Shown here: in pieces, positions 1-8,621 of the stretch
How positions within the stretch are numbered: the stretch's first letter is position 1
Layout of the letters: each line of letters begins with the position of its first letter
Source: Bacillota bacterium
Lineage (GTDB): Bacteria; Bacillota; JAAYKD01
Length of the DNA stretch: 23,472 bases
Direction: 5' to 3'
Assembly (NCBI GenBank): GCA_963666425.2
Contig: CAXXTX010000006.1
Coordinates: 1-23,472, forward strand
The notes under the pieces: model-generated
The model's input: only the letters and a program-made list of their open reading frames with translations
Told to the model about the DNA's origin: nothing
Databases searched by the model: none
Translations under genes and position numbers: made by a program

Positions 1-551
1 AGGACGGCCAGCATCGCCACCAGCACGGGCACCATCAGCAGCCCCCATGTCGGCGTGGCACCGTACCAAACCATCATGCCGAGCAGCACCACCACGCCCA
101 CCCCCAGATTCACCAGCGCCCCCCCTACGACCGATGCCGGCATGAACAGCCGGGGCATGTAGATCTTGTTCAACAGCGCCGCTTGCCCCGCGAGGCTGGC
201 GGCTCCGCTCCCCACAGCCGTTGAGAAGAACGTCCAGACCCAGATTCCCACGTACACGGCCAGCGGATATGGCACTCCCTCGAAATCGATCCTGGCCATC
301 GCCTGGAACAGGAATGTGAACACGACGGCCGTGAACAGCGGTTGGAGCAGTGCCCAAGCCACTCCCAGGACGGTCTGCTTGTACTTGACCTTCACATCCC
401 GCCAGATCAGGAAATACAGCAGTTCCCGCTGGTGCCAAAGCTCGGCCCAGTTCACGGCGATCCATCCGCGCCGGGGCTCGATAATCACCTCGGGCAAATC
501 CTCGCCGCCCGCCGCGGGCAGCGCCACCTCAGCCATCACCACGTCCGTCAT
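1..551 (-). CDS. wzm: ABC-2 type polysaccharide export permease (Wzm/RfbA-like), runs off the left edge of the window
   Basis: Not in the ORF track. Manual minus-strand translation from ATG at 551 gives MTDVVMAEVALP...IIEPRRGWIAVNWAELWHQRELLYFLIWRDVKVKYKQTVLGVAWALLQPLFTAVVFTFLF...LLNKIYMPR, the typical Wzm N-terminal motifs. It starts 1 nt after the GT4 stop. Confidence 0.92.
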   Translation of the reverse strand, partial: MTDVVMAEVALPAAGGEDLPEVIIEPRRGWIAVNWAELWHQRELLYFLIWRDVKVKYKQTVLGVAWALLQPLFTAVVFTFLFQAMARIDFEGVPYPLAVYVGIWVWTFFSTAVGSGAASLAGQAALLNKIYMPRLFMPASVVGGALVNLGVGVVVLLGMMVWYGATPTWGLLMVPVLVAMLAV

Positions 552-552
552 G

Positions 553-1635
553 TCAACGACCCTTCATGCTGCCTGCAGCCGCCAACTCGCCCAACACCGC
601 CTCCATCCGATCGGCGGCCGCCTTCCATGTGTATTGCCTGGCCGTTTCCCGGCCCCCCGCCACCAGGCGCTGCCTCAGCCCATCGTCGCCCAGCACGCGC
701 TCGATCTCCCGCATGAACCCTTCCGCGTCCCCCACCGGCACCACCAGACCATTAACTTCGTGCTCGATGCGGTCCTGTCCGCCGAGCGTCGCGGTGCTGA
801 TCACCGCGCAGCCGCACGCCATTGCCTCCAGGATAGGAAGCGCAAAACCCTCGTTGTGGCTTGTCACCAGCCAGATCAAGCAGCGGTTGTACAACTCCCG
901 CGCCTCCGCCACGGACGGCGCCCTCCAGTAAAGGCCGCGCGGAACTGCCGCCGGCCTCGCCTCCGCCCCGAACACGTACTGCCGCATGTCCGGCCATCGT
1001 TGACGGATCTGCTTGAGCAGGTCGACGGTGAACTGCGGTGCCTTGGCCGAGTGGCTCCCGTAGATCGTCCCGATGCCCGTGCGAGGCCGTTCTTCCACGA
1101 AGTATTGTTCCGCGTCGATCGCATTGGGGACGACGCCCAGGATGGGCCCGCCACCGTATCCAACGATCCGCGGAATCAGCGACTGGGTCACCGCGATCGT
1201 CGGCATCTCGCCCGACCAGACCCTCTTCATCCATTCCTGTTCATGCTCCTGGAATCCGTGGCAAAACCGCAATTTCACCACGTCCGCAGCCAGCGATCGA
1301 ACACCCTCCACCGTGAAACTTCCGACGGCGATGACAACCTCGCCCTCCGCGAACTCCATTTTGTCGAGGTCGTGGTAAGCCTCAACCCCTCCGGCAAACT
1401 GCTGGACCCAGTCGCCATTGGCACGGCCGCAAAGCCGTGATGCCCACCGCCCCACTTTGTCCAGTGGATGACGCACAGCCTCCCGCCAGTTCGTCGTTTC
1501 CGAAGGGAACGGATGCGCGATGCGCACCTGATATCCACCGGCCAGCAGTTCATTGGCCAGACCCACCGTGACCCGGCAGCCCCCGGACAGGTTCCTGCCC
1601 GGCAGCACAAAAGTGAATTTGCCTCTTGCTGTCAT
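553..1635 (-). CDS. Glycosyltransferase family 4 (GT-B fold)
   Basis: N-terminal FVLPGRNLSGGCRV and C-terminal SHNEGFALPILEAMACGCAVIST (E-x7-E motif) plus HEVNGLVVP. Start set to ATG 1635 (GAGGG immediately upstream). Confidence 0.92.
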   Translation of the reverse strand: MTARGKFTFVLPGRNLSGGCRVTVGLANELLAGGYQVRIAHPFPSETTNWREAVRHPLDKVGRWASRLCGRANGDWVQQFAGGVEAYHDLDKMEFAEGEVVIAVGSFTVEGVRSLAADVVKLRFCHGFQEHEQEWMKRVWSGEMPTIAVTQSLIPRIVGYGGGPILGVVPNAIDAEQYFVEERPRTGIGTIYGSHSAKAPQFTVDLLKQIRQRWPDMRQYVFGAEARPAAVPRGLYWRAPSVAEARELYNRCLIWLVTSHNEGFALPILEAMACGCAVISTATLGGQDRIEHEVNGLVVPVGDAEGFMREIERVLGDDGLRQRLVAGGRETARQYTWKAAADRMEAVLGELAAAGSMKGR

Positions 1636-1662
1636 CCCTCGATTTGTCCGGCCGGCTCTCAC

Positions 1663-3228
1663 TCAGCGTCGCCGGCGCCCCAACGCCATCCCTAGACCGG
1701 CCGCCACCAGCAGCATTGACGCGGGTTCCGGTACCGCGCTCGTCTCGCCCGAATCAAGCAGGCCCATTGCGGCCACAGAAGCCGCCGCTCTGGCCCCGCC
1801 AAAGTCCACGGCCGCGCCGGACGGCCGGGCCAGCATCGCCACCTCGGACGGCAGTATCACATGCCCGGGCTCCTGTGCCGGCGCCAACGGAGCGCCCTTC
1901 TGGCGGCCGCTGGCCAGCACCTGGCCCAGCACGTTGAACTTGAATTTCTTCGTGTCCGGATCGTCGCTGGCAATCGTGACCAGGCCTGACTGCTTGCCGG
2001 CCTGTTTCGTGATCATTCTCAGTTTGAACGTATCTGTGTCACCCGGCAGCAACTCGGGGCTGAGCTGGCCCAGCAGCTTGAAGCCAGCCGGCACGGTCAT
2101 GCTGGTCAGCGACATTGAATCAAAGCCGTCATTGTGAATGTTGAAAATCTGGACCGGCCCCGTCGCCCCCTGCCGAACCGACGTGAACTTCACCGGCGGC
2201 TTCTGCCCGCTCTGCAGGTTCTTTTCCTTCGTCCCCACCTTATTCGCCACCCGGATATTGGGCACATCCTTGGGCGCCGCGGCATAACCGTCCACCGGAC
2301 CTAGTTCCAGGCGCAGGTCATCGAATGAAAAGCCTCCGGAGTCCTGGAAGCCGTTCGAGTGTAGCTGCACGCCCACTGCCTTGACATTGTTGAACTCATG
2401 CGGCTCAAAATCCGCCGTCTGCTCATCGAAGTTGATCGCAAAAGGTGCCTTGGGTTTGTATAGCGCCCACCTGGTCGCTGAGGCGTCCAAGTCCGTGTAC
2501 AGACCATACCCACTGGGGTCGTAGCCCTCAAACGTCGTTTCGGAGATGTAGAAGTTCTGCCCATCCATCACAACGAAGCGGCCGGGGGCCATCCCATACC
2601 AGCCACGCGTGATCGCCACGGAGAGATGCGCGCGGGAATCAAGAACGATCTGACGCTGGTTGTACCCGTTCTTGAAGTCGTTTCGCTTCCAGAGAAAAAT
2701 GGAGTCGAAGGCCGCGGGGCCTACGTCTATTGGTCGCAGCGCCATGTCGCTGTAGTTCAGTTCCGCATGCGTGTAGTCGCCGCCGCGAAGAAAGCGGCCG
2801 TCTGGCGCAACATGGTACGGCACCGCGCCATCGTCGATCGGCATGTACATTTGGCCCCACGTCGGACTGAGCGTATTGAGGTTGAAACTGACGAGTCCGC
2901 CATAGAAACGCCCACCGCTCTTGTCGGGCAGGTAGTATTCGTTGAACGTGTTAAGAGGCGTCTTAAGACTGAACGTCAAGTAGCGAATGCTGTCGTTCGC
3001 CTGTCCATTGCCATCTGCGTCTACACCAGCAAGAATGTGATAGTCGTCGCTTCGTAGGTCACCGTTGATGCCAGGCGTCGGAATGGGCACATTATAATAC
3101 CGGTCAAAAAAGCGCGTCGCCGTCTGTGGCGTCGACGCCGACCACGGAATGTAATCGGCTCGCAGCCGCTCGGCGCCGAGTGCAACGGCAACGAGCGCAA
3201 CCCCAGCTAGAATTCGTCTCTGGTGCAT
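1663..3228 (-). CDS. Secreted PEP-CTERM protein with an ASH/choice-of-anchor-D-like Ig domain
   Basis: AGGAGG RBS before ATG 3228. Signal peptide MHQRRILAGVALVAVALGAERLRA. C-terminal VPEPASMLLVAAGLGMALGRRRR. Ig-like segment FNIHNDGFDSMSLTSMTVPAGF...LLPGDTDTFKL...SGLVTIASDDPD. Confidence 0.88.
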   Translation of the reverse strand: MHQRRILAGVALVAVALGAERLRADYIPWSASTPQTATRFFDRYYNVPIPTPGINGDLRSDDYHILAGVDADGNGQANDSIRYLTFSLKTPLNTFNEYYLPDKSGGRFYGGLVSFNLNTLSPTWGQMYMPIDDGAVPYHVAPDGRFLRGGDYTHAELNYSDMALRPIDVGPAAFDSIFLWKRNDFKNGYNQRQIVLDSRAHLSVAITRGWYGMAPGRFVVMDGQNFYISETTFEGYDPSGYGLYTDLDASATRWALYKPKAPFAINFDEQTADFEPHEFNNVKAVGVQLHSNGFQDSGGFSFDDLRLELGPVDGYAAAPKDVPNIRVANKVGTKEKNLQSGQKPPVKFTSVRQGATGPVQIFNIHNDGFDSMSLTSMTVPAGFKLLGQLSPELLPGDTDTFKLRMITKQAGKQSGLVTIASDDPDTKKFKFNVLGQVLASGRQKGAPLAPAQEPGHVILPSEVAMLARPSGAAVDFGGARAAASVAAMGLLDSGETSAVPEPASMLLVAAGLGMALGRRRR

Positions 3229-3292
3229 GACATGCCTCCTGACGCCTGCCGCGCTCTCCAGTGCCAGATCGGACAACCGGCGTCTGCCTCCA

Positions 3293-4105
3293 TCATACGC
3301 GCCCCACGCCACCGGCGACAACAGAACTCTCCGCCGCGCCCGACTTCTCCCAGGCCGCCCGGTAAAGTGTCGGCACAGACAGGTCGCCATCGCGCTGCGT
3401 CTTCTTGGCCAGAAACACCGCCGATTCTCCAAAAACCCGCCGGCCGCCCACGATGCGTATCGGCAGCCACAGCGGGGAGAAGATGACCCACCGTAAGGAC
3501 GACGCAAACCCGGCCGCTGTTGTGCTTTCGATCACGGAAAACCCCAATTCCTGCATCGTGAGTCGCATCATGTCCACAGTCATCGGCGAGACGTGTCGCA
3601 GCGTCCGATAAGTGTTCTCTCCAAAGCCCCAAAGCTCACCGGTCAGCAGGAACTTGATGCGCCCCTCCCAGTACGCGATATTCGGCAGCGAAAGTGCCAG
3701 ATACCCGTCCTCAGCCAGCAGTCCGTGAGCCTGCTCCAGAAAATGTCGCGGCGAATCCAAGTGCTCGATCACCTCGGTCAGGCAGATCAGCTTGAACCTT
3801 CTCGTGAATCCGGCGGCAAACTCGCCATTCAGATCGACCCTCGTAAAGGGCACATTCGGCAGCGAGAACTCCGTGCCATCCAGGTCCGCCGCATGCAGGT
3901 CCTGCCACCCCTGGTCGCGCAACCGCAACAGCAACGCGCCCGTGCTCGCCCCCAGATCCAGCACGCCGCTTCTGTGCGGCACGTGTTTCCCAATCAGTCG
4001 CACAGCCGCCTGGTGCGTGCCCGGCGCGCAACCATTGGACAAACCCTTGTACGATTCCGCTGGGCGCCGCATCCACCTGCTGTTCAACAACCGCGCCAGC
4101 CCCAT
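3293..4105 (-). CDS. Class I SAM-dependent methyltransferase (polysaccharide-locus type)
   Basis: Motif I VLDLGASTG, then EVIEHLDSPRHFL and GYLALSLPN. GAAGGAG RBS upstream of ATG 4105 (GTG 4108 is an alternative start). Confidence 0.9.
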   Translation of the reverse strand: MGLARLLNSRWMRRPAESYKGLSNGCAPGTHQAAVRLIGKHVPHRSGVLDLGASTGALLLRLRDQGWQDLHAADLDGTEFSLPNVPFTRVDLNGEFAAGFTRRFKLICLTEVIEHLDSPRHFLEQAHGLLAEDGYLALSLPNIAYWEGRIKFLLTGELWGFGENTYRTLRHVSPMTVDMMRLTMQELGFSVIESTTAAGFASSLRWVIFSPLWLPIRIVGGRRVFGESAVFLAKKTQRDGDLSVPTLYRAAWEKSGAAESSVVAGGVGRV

Positions 4106-4249
4106 CACATGGACTCCTTCCGTCCGAACAGATGCAAAACCTGGCGAGTGGTGTCTAGGCTCCGCCCCTGTCAACTGCGCCGCCGGGGCGAACAGTCGAT
4201 TGGCCGTGCGCAACTTGACCGATCAGTCGCGTCATCCGCTTGAAGAACT

Positions 4250-4810
4250 CTACTCCAGCCGTTCAAGCAGCGCGCCGTCGATCTCCAGACTCACCGACCG
4301 GCCGAGGATATCCACGCTCAAGATCAGGCGGTCCGTTCCCGTCCGATCTTCAATAATGCCTTGGAGGCCACGAAATGGCCCCGACCGTATCTCAACTCTA
4401 ACGCCCTTTTTCAAGTAAGGGTAGGGAATCAAGGGTGCTTGCCGCGTTAACGCAAGATGCAGATTCCTCAACTCCCAGTCCAGGGCCTCCTGGGCGGCCA
4501 CTCGAATTACGTTTGCGATCCGCTTGGTTCTATCGGCCTGATAGGCCTGCTCGATTGATCCGCGCAAGAAAACGTAGCCGGGAAACAGCGGTGCACTCAC
4601 CCGAGCCTTGCGCCTCCCGTAATATCGGACCTGATCCACCAGCGGCAGGAAATGTGCTATGCCCATCGCCGCCAGATCCGCAGCGACGATCTTCTCCTGG
4701 CGGCTCCTGGTGTGCAGCACGTGCCATTCGCCCACAATCGCATCCGGAAACGGCACGGCGGCGTCGTCCGTCCCACTCATCCCCGCGAATCCCGACGCTG
4801 TACCGCTCAT
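4250..4810 (-). CDS. UpxY/RfaH-like NusG-paralog transcription antiterminator
   Basis: NGN domain WHVLHTRSRQEK...PLFPGYVFL and KOW motif GVRVEIRSGPFRGLQGII. First gene of a polysaccharide operon. GAAGGAAGGAG RBS before ATG 4810. Confidence 0.9.
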   Translation of the reverse strand: MSGTASGFAGMSGTDDAAVPFPDAIVGEWHVLHTRSRQEKIVAADLAAMGIAHFLPLVDQVRYYGRRKARVSAPLFPGYVFLRGSIEQAYQADRTKRIANVIRVAAQEALDWELRNLHLALTRQAPLIPYPYLKKGVRVEIRSGPFRGLQGIIEDRTGTDRLILSVDILGRSVSLEIDGALLERLE

Positions 4811-5197
4811 GCGATCTCTCCTTCCTTCACGTACAACATCGTGCCGATGCCGGCAAGTTCTGAGCACAATATCGCCTCAGCGGCGCGAAGCAATCCAGCG
4901 CCGCCATCAACTCCTGCCCAGCGGGCGGGCGTCGTCCACAAGCAACATCAGGATGATAACTCATCGAGATTCCCACGATCTAGAACGCCGCATCATGAGG
5001 ATCCCAGCGCGACCGAGACCGGTCCAAGGCGCAGCATGTTAAGATAGGCAACCAATGCGGTTTCGATCTGGCATGCAGCCTAATCGATATTATCGCACCC
5101 ATTGCCCTCCCGCCAGCGGGTGGTGTTCCCGTAAGACTCATACAGACAATATGATACGCGTTTCCTACCATCGACAGCCCGTCCACAGCACTCCGAC

Positions 5198-5236
5198 AAA
5201 AAAACGGCTTGCCCCACCCCGATCATCGGGTATACT
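5198..5236 (+). promoter_or_regulatory. Candidate sigma70-type promoter for the 5418 gene
   Basis: A-tract 5198-5204 (UP-like), TTGCCC 5209-5214, 16-nt spacer, TATACT 5231-5236. Confidence 0.5.
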
Positions 5237-5417
5237 AGCAGCGTCCTCGCATTGGAGCGGGAAGATATTGTGCGTTTGGGTTTGCGGGTCATGTCATTGC
5301 CCGTGGGTGCGAGTGGTGAGAGTGGGATGGCTGGCAACCTAGTGGGCCATCTCCGAACGGTAACGTCAGTTTGTGGGTGTCCTGTCTGGATACACCTCAG
5401 TTTGAAGGAGGTCGGGT

Positions 5418-6431
5418 ATGAATGCGACGAAAATGGTTTTGGCTGCGGCCGTTGCAGCGTTTGGATTTGCAGGCGCGGCCAATGCGTTGACAGTGAACGG
5501 AGTCGTGGATGACATCCTGACGGGCAAGTATCGGGCCGTTGGAGCAGTCCCGTTTGCGACTCCGTACCTCGGTCCCATTGTAGCGAAGTACATTAACTAC
5601 GATGTGGGAAGGCTTTACGGCCCTGCCGATGGCACGTACGGTCGCGCGGTTCCAGCCAACGCAGGCGAATCAAATGCACTGGCTATTGGCCAGATGGATT
5701 TGGTGGCTAATGCTACACCGGCGGATTACAAGTTGGGTGCCTTCGGTGGCGCTGCCTATGCCAGTGAGGATAGCTGGGGTATTGATAGAATCACAGAGAT
5801 CTACGATGAGACTCAGAGCGTGCTGCTCTGGAGCGCGGTTCTGGCGCCGTACGAAATGACAGGCATGTTTTGGGGCGAAACGGACACCTACTTGGACGTG
5901 TCGGGTACTGGAACGGTTCAGAAGATCCATGGAGTCGGCTTCGAGACTAGCCTTTATGTCGATGATACGCCCGACTTCTCCCAGTTGGGCGGGCCGGTTG
6001 CCCGCACGGGGTTAGACAGCTATCCGACGGCTACTGATGGTCTCTTGTTCTGGTCGATGAATGGCCTTGCTGGTGCCGCCGACACTACCTTCCCGCTCGA
6101 TGAGTTCCTGACGACCTTTAACCCAGGCGTTGGCCCAGGAACTCCCAACGTGGGCGATGGTAAAGTCCATGGTACATTCGGTCCGAATGCTTCTGGCGTC
6201 GGTGGTGCCAACGGCACATTTGATGTGCCTACTGGACCCGATTGGAGCCTCCGTTTTACCGGCATCAGCCCGCCTACGGCGGCAGTGTCGGCAGGGCTGG
6301 TCAACTGGACAGTTCAGAGCAATGACCCGCTCGTAACGACGGCGATCCCCACCCCTGCGGCTATCTATGGTGGCCTGCTCGGGCTGGGCATGTTGGTGGG
6401 CCGCAAGACTTGGCGAATGGCTCGCGCATAA
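5418..6431 (+). CDS. Secreted PEP-CTERM-like surface protein (IPTPAA variant sorting signal)
   Basis: GAAGGAGG RBS. Signal peptide ending AGAANA. C-terminal IPTPAAIYGGLLGLGMLVGRKTWRMARA (motif + TM helix + basic tail). Confidence 0.85.
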   Translation: MNATKMVLAAAVAAFGFAGAANALTVNGVVDDILTGKYRAVGAVPFATPYLGPIVAKYINYDVGRLYGPADGTYGRAVPANAGESNALAIGQMDLVANATPADYKLGAFGGAAYASEDSWGIDRITEIYDETQSVLLWSAVLAPYEMTGMFWGETDTYLDVSGTGTVQKIHGVGFETSLYVDDTPDFSQLGGPVARTGLDSYPTATDGLLFWSMNGLAGAADTTFPLDEFLTTFNPGVGPGTPNVGDGKVHGTFGPNASGVGGANGTFDVPTGPDWSLRFTGISPPTAAVSAGLVNWTVQSNDPLVTTAIPTPAAIYGGLLGLGMLVGRKTWRMARA

Positions 6432-6464
6432 CCGCCCTGCGAGCTTGAAATCTTGTTATCTCTT

Positions 6465-6500
6465 GCAGAGGCGGCCCGAATGGCCGCCTCTGCTCTTTCC
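6465..6500 (+). terminator. Rho-independent terminator
   Basis: Perfect 12-bp stem GCAGAGGCGGCC / GGCCGCCTCTGC with a 5-nt loop, followed by TCTTT, 34 nt after the stop and between convergent genes. Confidence 0.8.
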
Positions 6501-6590
6501 TGCTCGCCGTCAGCCGCCTTGCTTCGCGAGAAGCGCACGGATCAGCCGCCTCGCCGGTCAGAGATATGGCGATCCGCCAACGAACCACGA

Positions 6591-7955
6591 CTACATGTAT
6601 TGGAATTTCCGCTGATAGCTCAGTTCCAGGCGCGGCCACTGCTCGTACGGGACGCACGTAACCGCTGCCTCAACGCCGGCAGTCAGATGGATCGCTGCGG
6701 CCAGACCCTGCACCACGACGAATGAGCCACCGGCATTGGGCTTCATCTGCAGGTCCACGTGCAGCCGCGCCCCATGGGTCCGCATCCGAAAGCTTGCCGT
6801 CGTGGCCGCCGCTACACCCGGATCACTGTAGATCGCTTCCTTGACGTGCTCGGGAAATACCTTCGCGGTCGCCACCGTCAAGCTCTGGCCGCGGCCCCAC
6901 ATGCACAGGAACGGGCTTGGCAACTCGCTCTTGCCTACCTCGCCCCGTAGGCCCACGTGTTCCATGACCTCGTTGGCCGTCATCACCTGCGCCCAGTCCC
7001 CGGTCGCATAACGGATCAGCGGGATCCGCCGACCGGGATCCAGCGAGGTTACCACCAGTCGAGGCTTCCCATCTTCGGCCATTGGCGTCTCGATGAAGTA
7101 GTCCATCGGCGACCACTGCACAAAGGTCGGCAGAAATGGCGACTCGCCGAACATCTGCCGTCGAAACTGCTCATCTCTGTGGGCCAGCCGGCGCACCCGC
7201 CGGCAGAAGGGGGTTTCCTGCCCAAGGCTCAGCCCCACCTCCGAAATCCCCAAGCTCACCATCACGTCGCCTCGTTCGGGATGTGCTGTGTCATGGCCCA
7301 GGATTCCGCCGGCATAAGTGCGGAACGCCTCCGGCATCACTTCCGCGCCTGTGATCAGATGGACTCGCCGGTTCGGCCAGCCGATGCCGGCGGCCTCACC
7401 TTCCTCCAGTACCTTCTTCAGAAACGGGTGCTCCGCGATGATGATGATCTGCTCGCACGCTGGCCCCAGTTTCCGCGCCGCCGCCAGGATCGCATCCGAC
7501 CGCAGCCCCGTATCGATGGTCAGTGCCACGCTGGCCGGCACTCGCACCCCCATCGGCAACCCGTTAATGAGCAACGTGCGATGCTTGTCGGCATGAAAGA
7601 AGAATCCCAGCATCTGATCGATCCGTCCGCGCAGCCGCTCGGCGTCCCGCGCGCTTTCCAAACCAAATGAAAAGTCACCCGAATACCCAGAACTCGTGTA
7701 GGCCCCCGTTGCGTCCCCCAACTGACCATCCAGGCACAAGTCGGCCAGTTCGTGATCAACGAAGAGGGCCCGCTTGTTCACCAGCGGCACTCTCCGGCTG
7801 AAGTCCTCGATGGTAGTAACTGAATCCGCCCTGACTCCGCGTTGGCCCAAGATACGCTGATAGGCCGAAACACGCTGGGCAGCTTGATGGAAGGCGCGAA
7901 GTGCTGCCTGCTCGCAAAGACGCCGGACCTCGGTCGAAGATGCCTGCATAGACAT
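6591..7955 (-). CDS. Phenylacetate-CoA ligase-like (PaaK/CapK-type ANL adenylating enzyme)
   Basis: AFHQAAQRVSAY, RRVPLVNK, P-loop-like YTSSGYSG, ITGAE, PLIRYATGDW, KVFPEHVKEAI. AAAGGAG RBS before ATG 7955. Confidence 0.82.
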   Translation of the reverse strand: MSMQASSTEVRRLCEQAALRAFHQAAQRVSAYQRILGQRGVRADSVTTIEDFSRRVPLVNKRALFVDHELADLCLDGQLGDATGAYTSSGYSGDFSFGLESARDAERLRGRIDQMLGFFFHADKHRTLLINGLPMGVRVPASVALTIDTGLRSDAILAAARKLGPACEQIIIIAEHPFLKKVLEEGEAAGIGWPNRRVHLITGAEVMPEAFRTYAGGILGHDTAHPERGDVMVSLGISEVGLSLGQETPFCRRVRRLAHRDEQFRRQMFGESPFLPTFVQWSPMDYFIETPMAEDGKPRLVVTSLDPGRRIPLIRYATGDWAQVMTANEVMEHVGLRGEVGKSELPSPFLCMWGRGQSLTVATAKVFPEHVKEAIYSDPGVAAATTASFRMRTHGARLHVDLQMKPNAGGSFVVVQGLAAAIHLTAGVEAAVTCVPYEQWPRLELSYQRKFQYM

Positions 7956-8099
7956 CGTACGGGTCTCCTTTCCGCGCAGCCCCGACGCTTCGGAGGCGTC
8001 CGGCCCATATCCACCGGCCACTATAGCATCTGGTCGGCCTCATTCCAGCCGCATGCGGCCGACTCGGTTTCTGGACTTCTGGCAACCCGCCGGATGTCG

Positions 8100-8108
8100 T
8101 GCTAGAAT
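8100..8108 (+). promoter_or_regulatory. Candidate extended -10 element for the STAS gene
   Basis: TGCTAGAAT (TGn-TAGAAT) about 100 nt upstream of ATG 8210 in a divergent intergenic region. Confidence 0.4.
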
Positions 8109-8209
8109 GGCGATTCCGAATGGGCCGAAAGGCGAGGCATCACCTTGGTCCGACAGCGAGCACGGGCGGGACAGCGGCCCTCCGCTCTGTGCCCAGCGAG
8201 GAGGCACCC

Positions 8210-8596
8210 ATGCCACAGACACCACAGTTCCTGGATGTTTCCCAGTACAGGGGCGTGACCATCGCGCAGTTGCTGGAAGAGCGTCTGCTTGAGCCACCCA
8301 CCATCGCGGATACTTCCACAGCCTTGCGTGCACTGGTCGACAACCAAGGCACCCCCCTGATACTCCTGGACTTCTCCAGGGTGACGCGCTTCAGCTCGGC
8401 TGCCCTCGGCATGGTGGTCGAGTTGCACCAGCATGTTCGCAACCGTGGTGGCCACCTGTGCCTGGCCAACATCACGCCCCAGATTGGAGAAGTCTTCAGG
8501 ATCACTCGCCTGGATGAAGTGCTCAACATGGCCGCCTCGAACCCCGAAGGTGTAGCACTCCTCAAGCGGCTGGCTGAGGCAGACAGCCGGCCGTAG
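8210..8596 (+). CDS. STAS-domain anti-sigma factor antagonist (SpoIIAA/RsbV-like)
   Basis: LLDFSRVTRFSSAALGMVV...GGHLCLANITPQIGEVFRITRLDEVL. GAGGAGG RBS before ATG 8210. Confidence 0.9.
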   Translation: MPQTPQFLDVSQYRGVTIAQLLEERLLEPPTIADTSTALRALVDNQGTPLILLDFSRVTRFSSAALGMVVELHQHVRNRGGHLCLANITPQIGEVFRITRLDEVLNMAASNPEGVALLKRLAEADSRP

Positions 8597-8621
8597 ATTG
8601 ATCGCAGCGACGCGATGGAAA

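Noticed and set aside
166-1440. 424-aa plus-strand ORF
   Set aside because: Antisense shadow of the Wzm and GT4 genes, with no recognisable motifs.
3229-3507. N-terminal extensions in the ORF track (also 14205-14381, 15405-15539, 21448-21645, 8099-8209)
   Set aside because: They overlap neighbouring genes or leaders. Better starts with clear RBS and, for the secreted proteins, signal peptides lie downstream.
4161-4192. Hairpin and TTGACA between the antiterminator and methyltransferase genes
   Set aside because: The hairpin lacks a U-tract and the TTGACA has no acceptable -10 at 16-18 nt, so neither terminator nor promoter is supported.
4811-5417. Canonical ops/JUMPStart element or sigma54 promoter
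   Set aside because: No GGCGGTAG and no correctly spaced TGGCAC-N5-TTGC found by eye.
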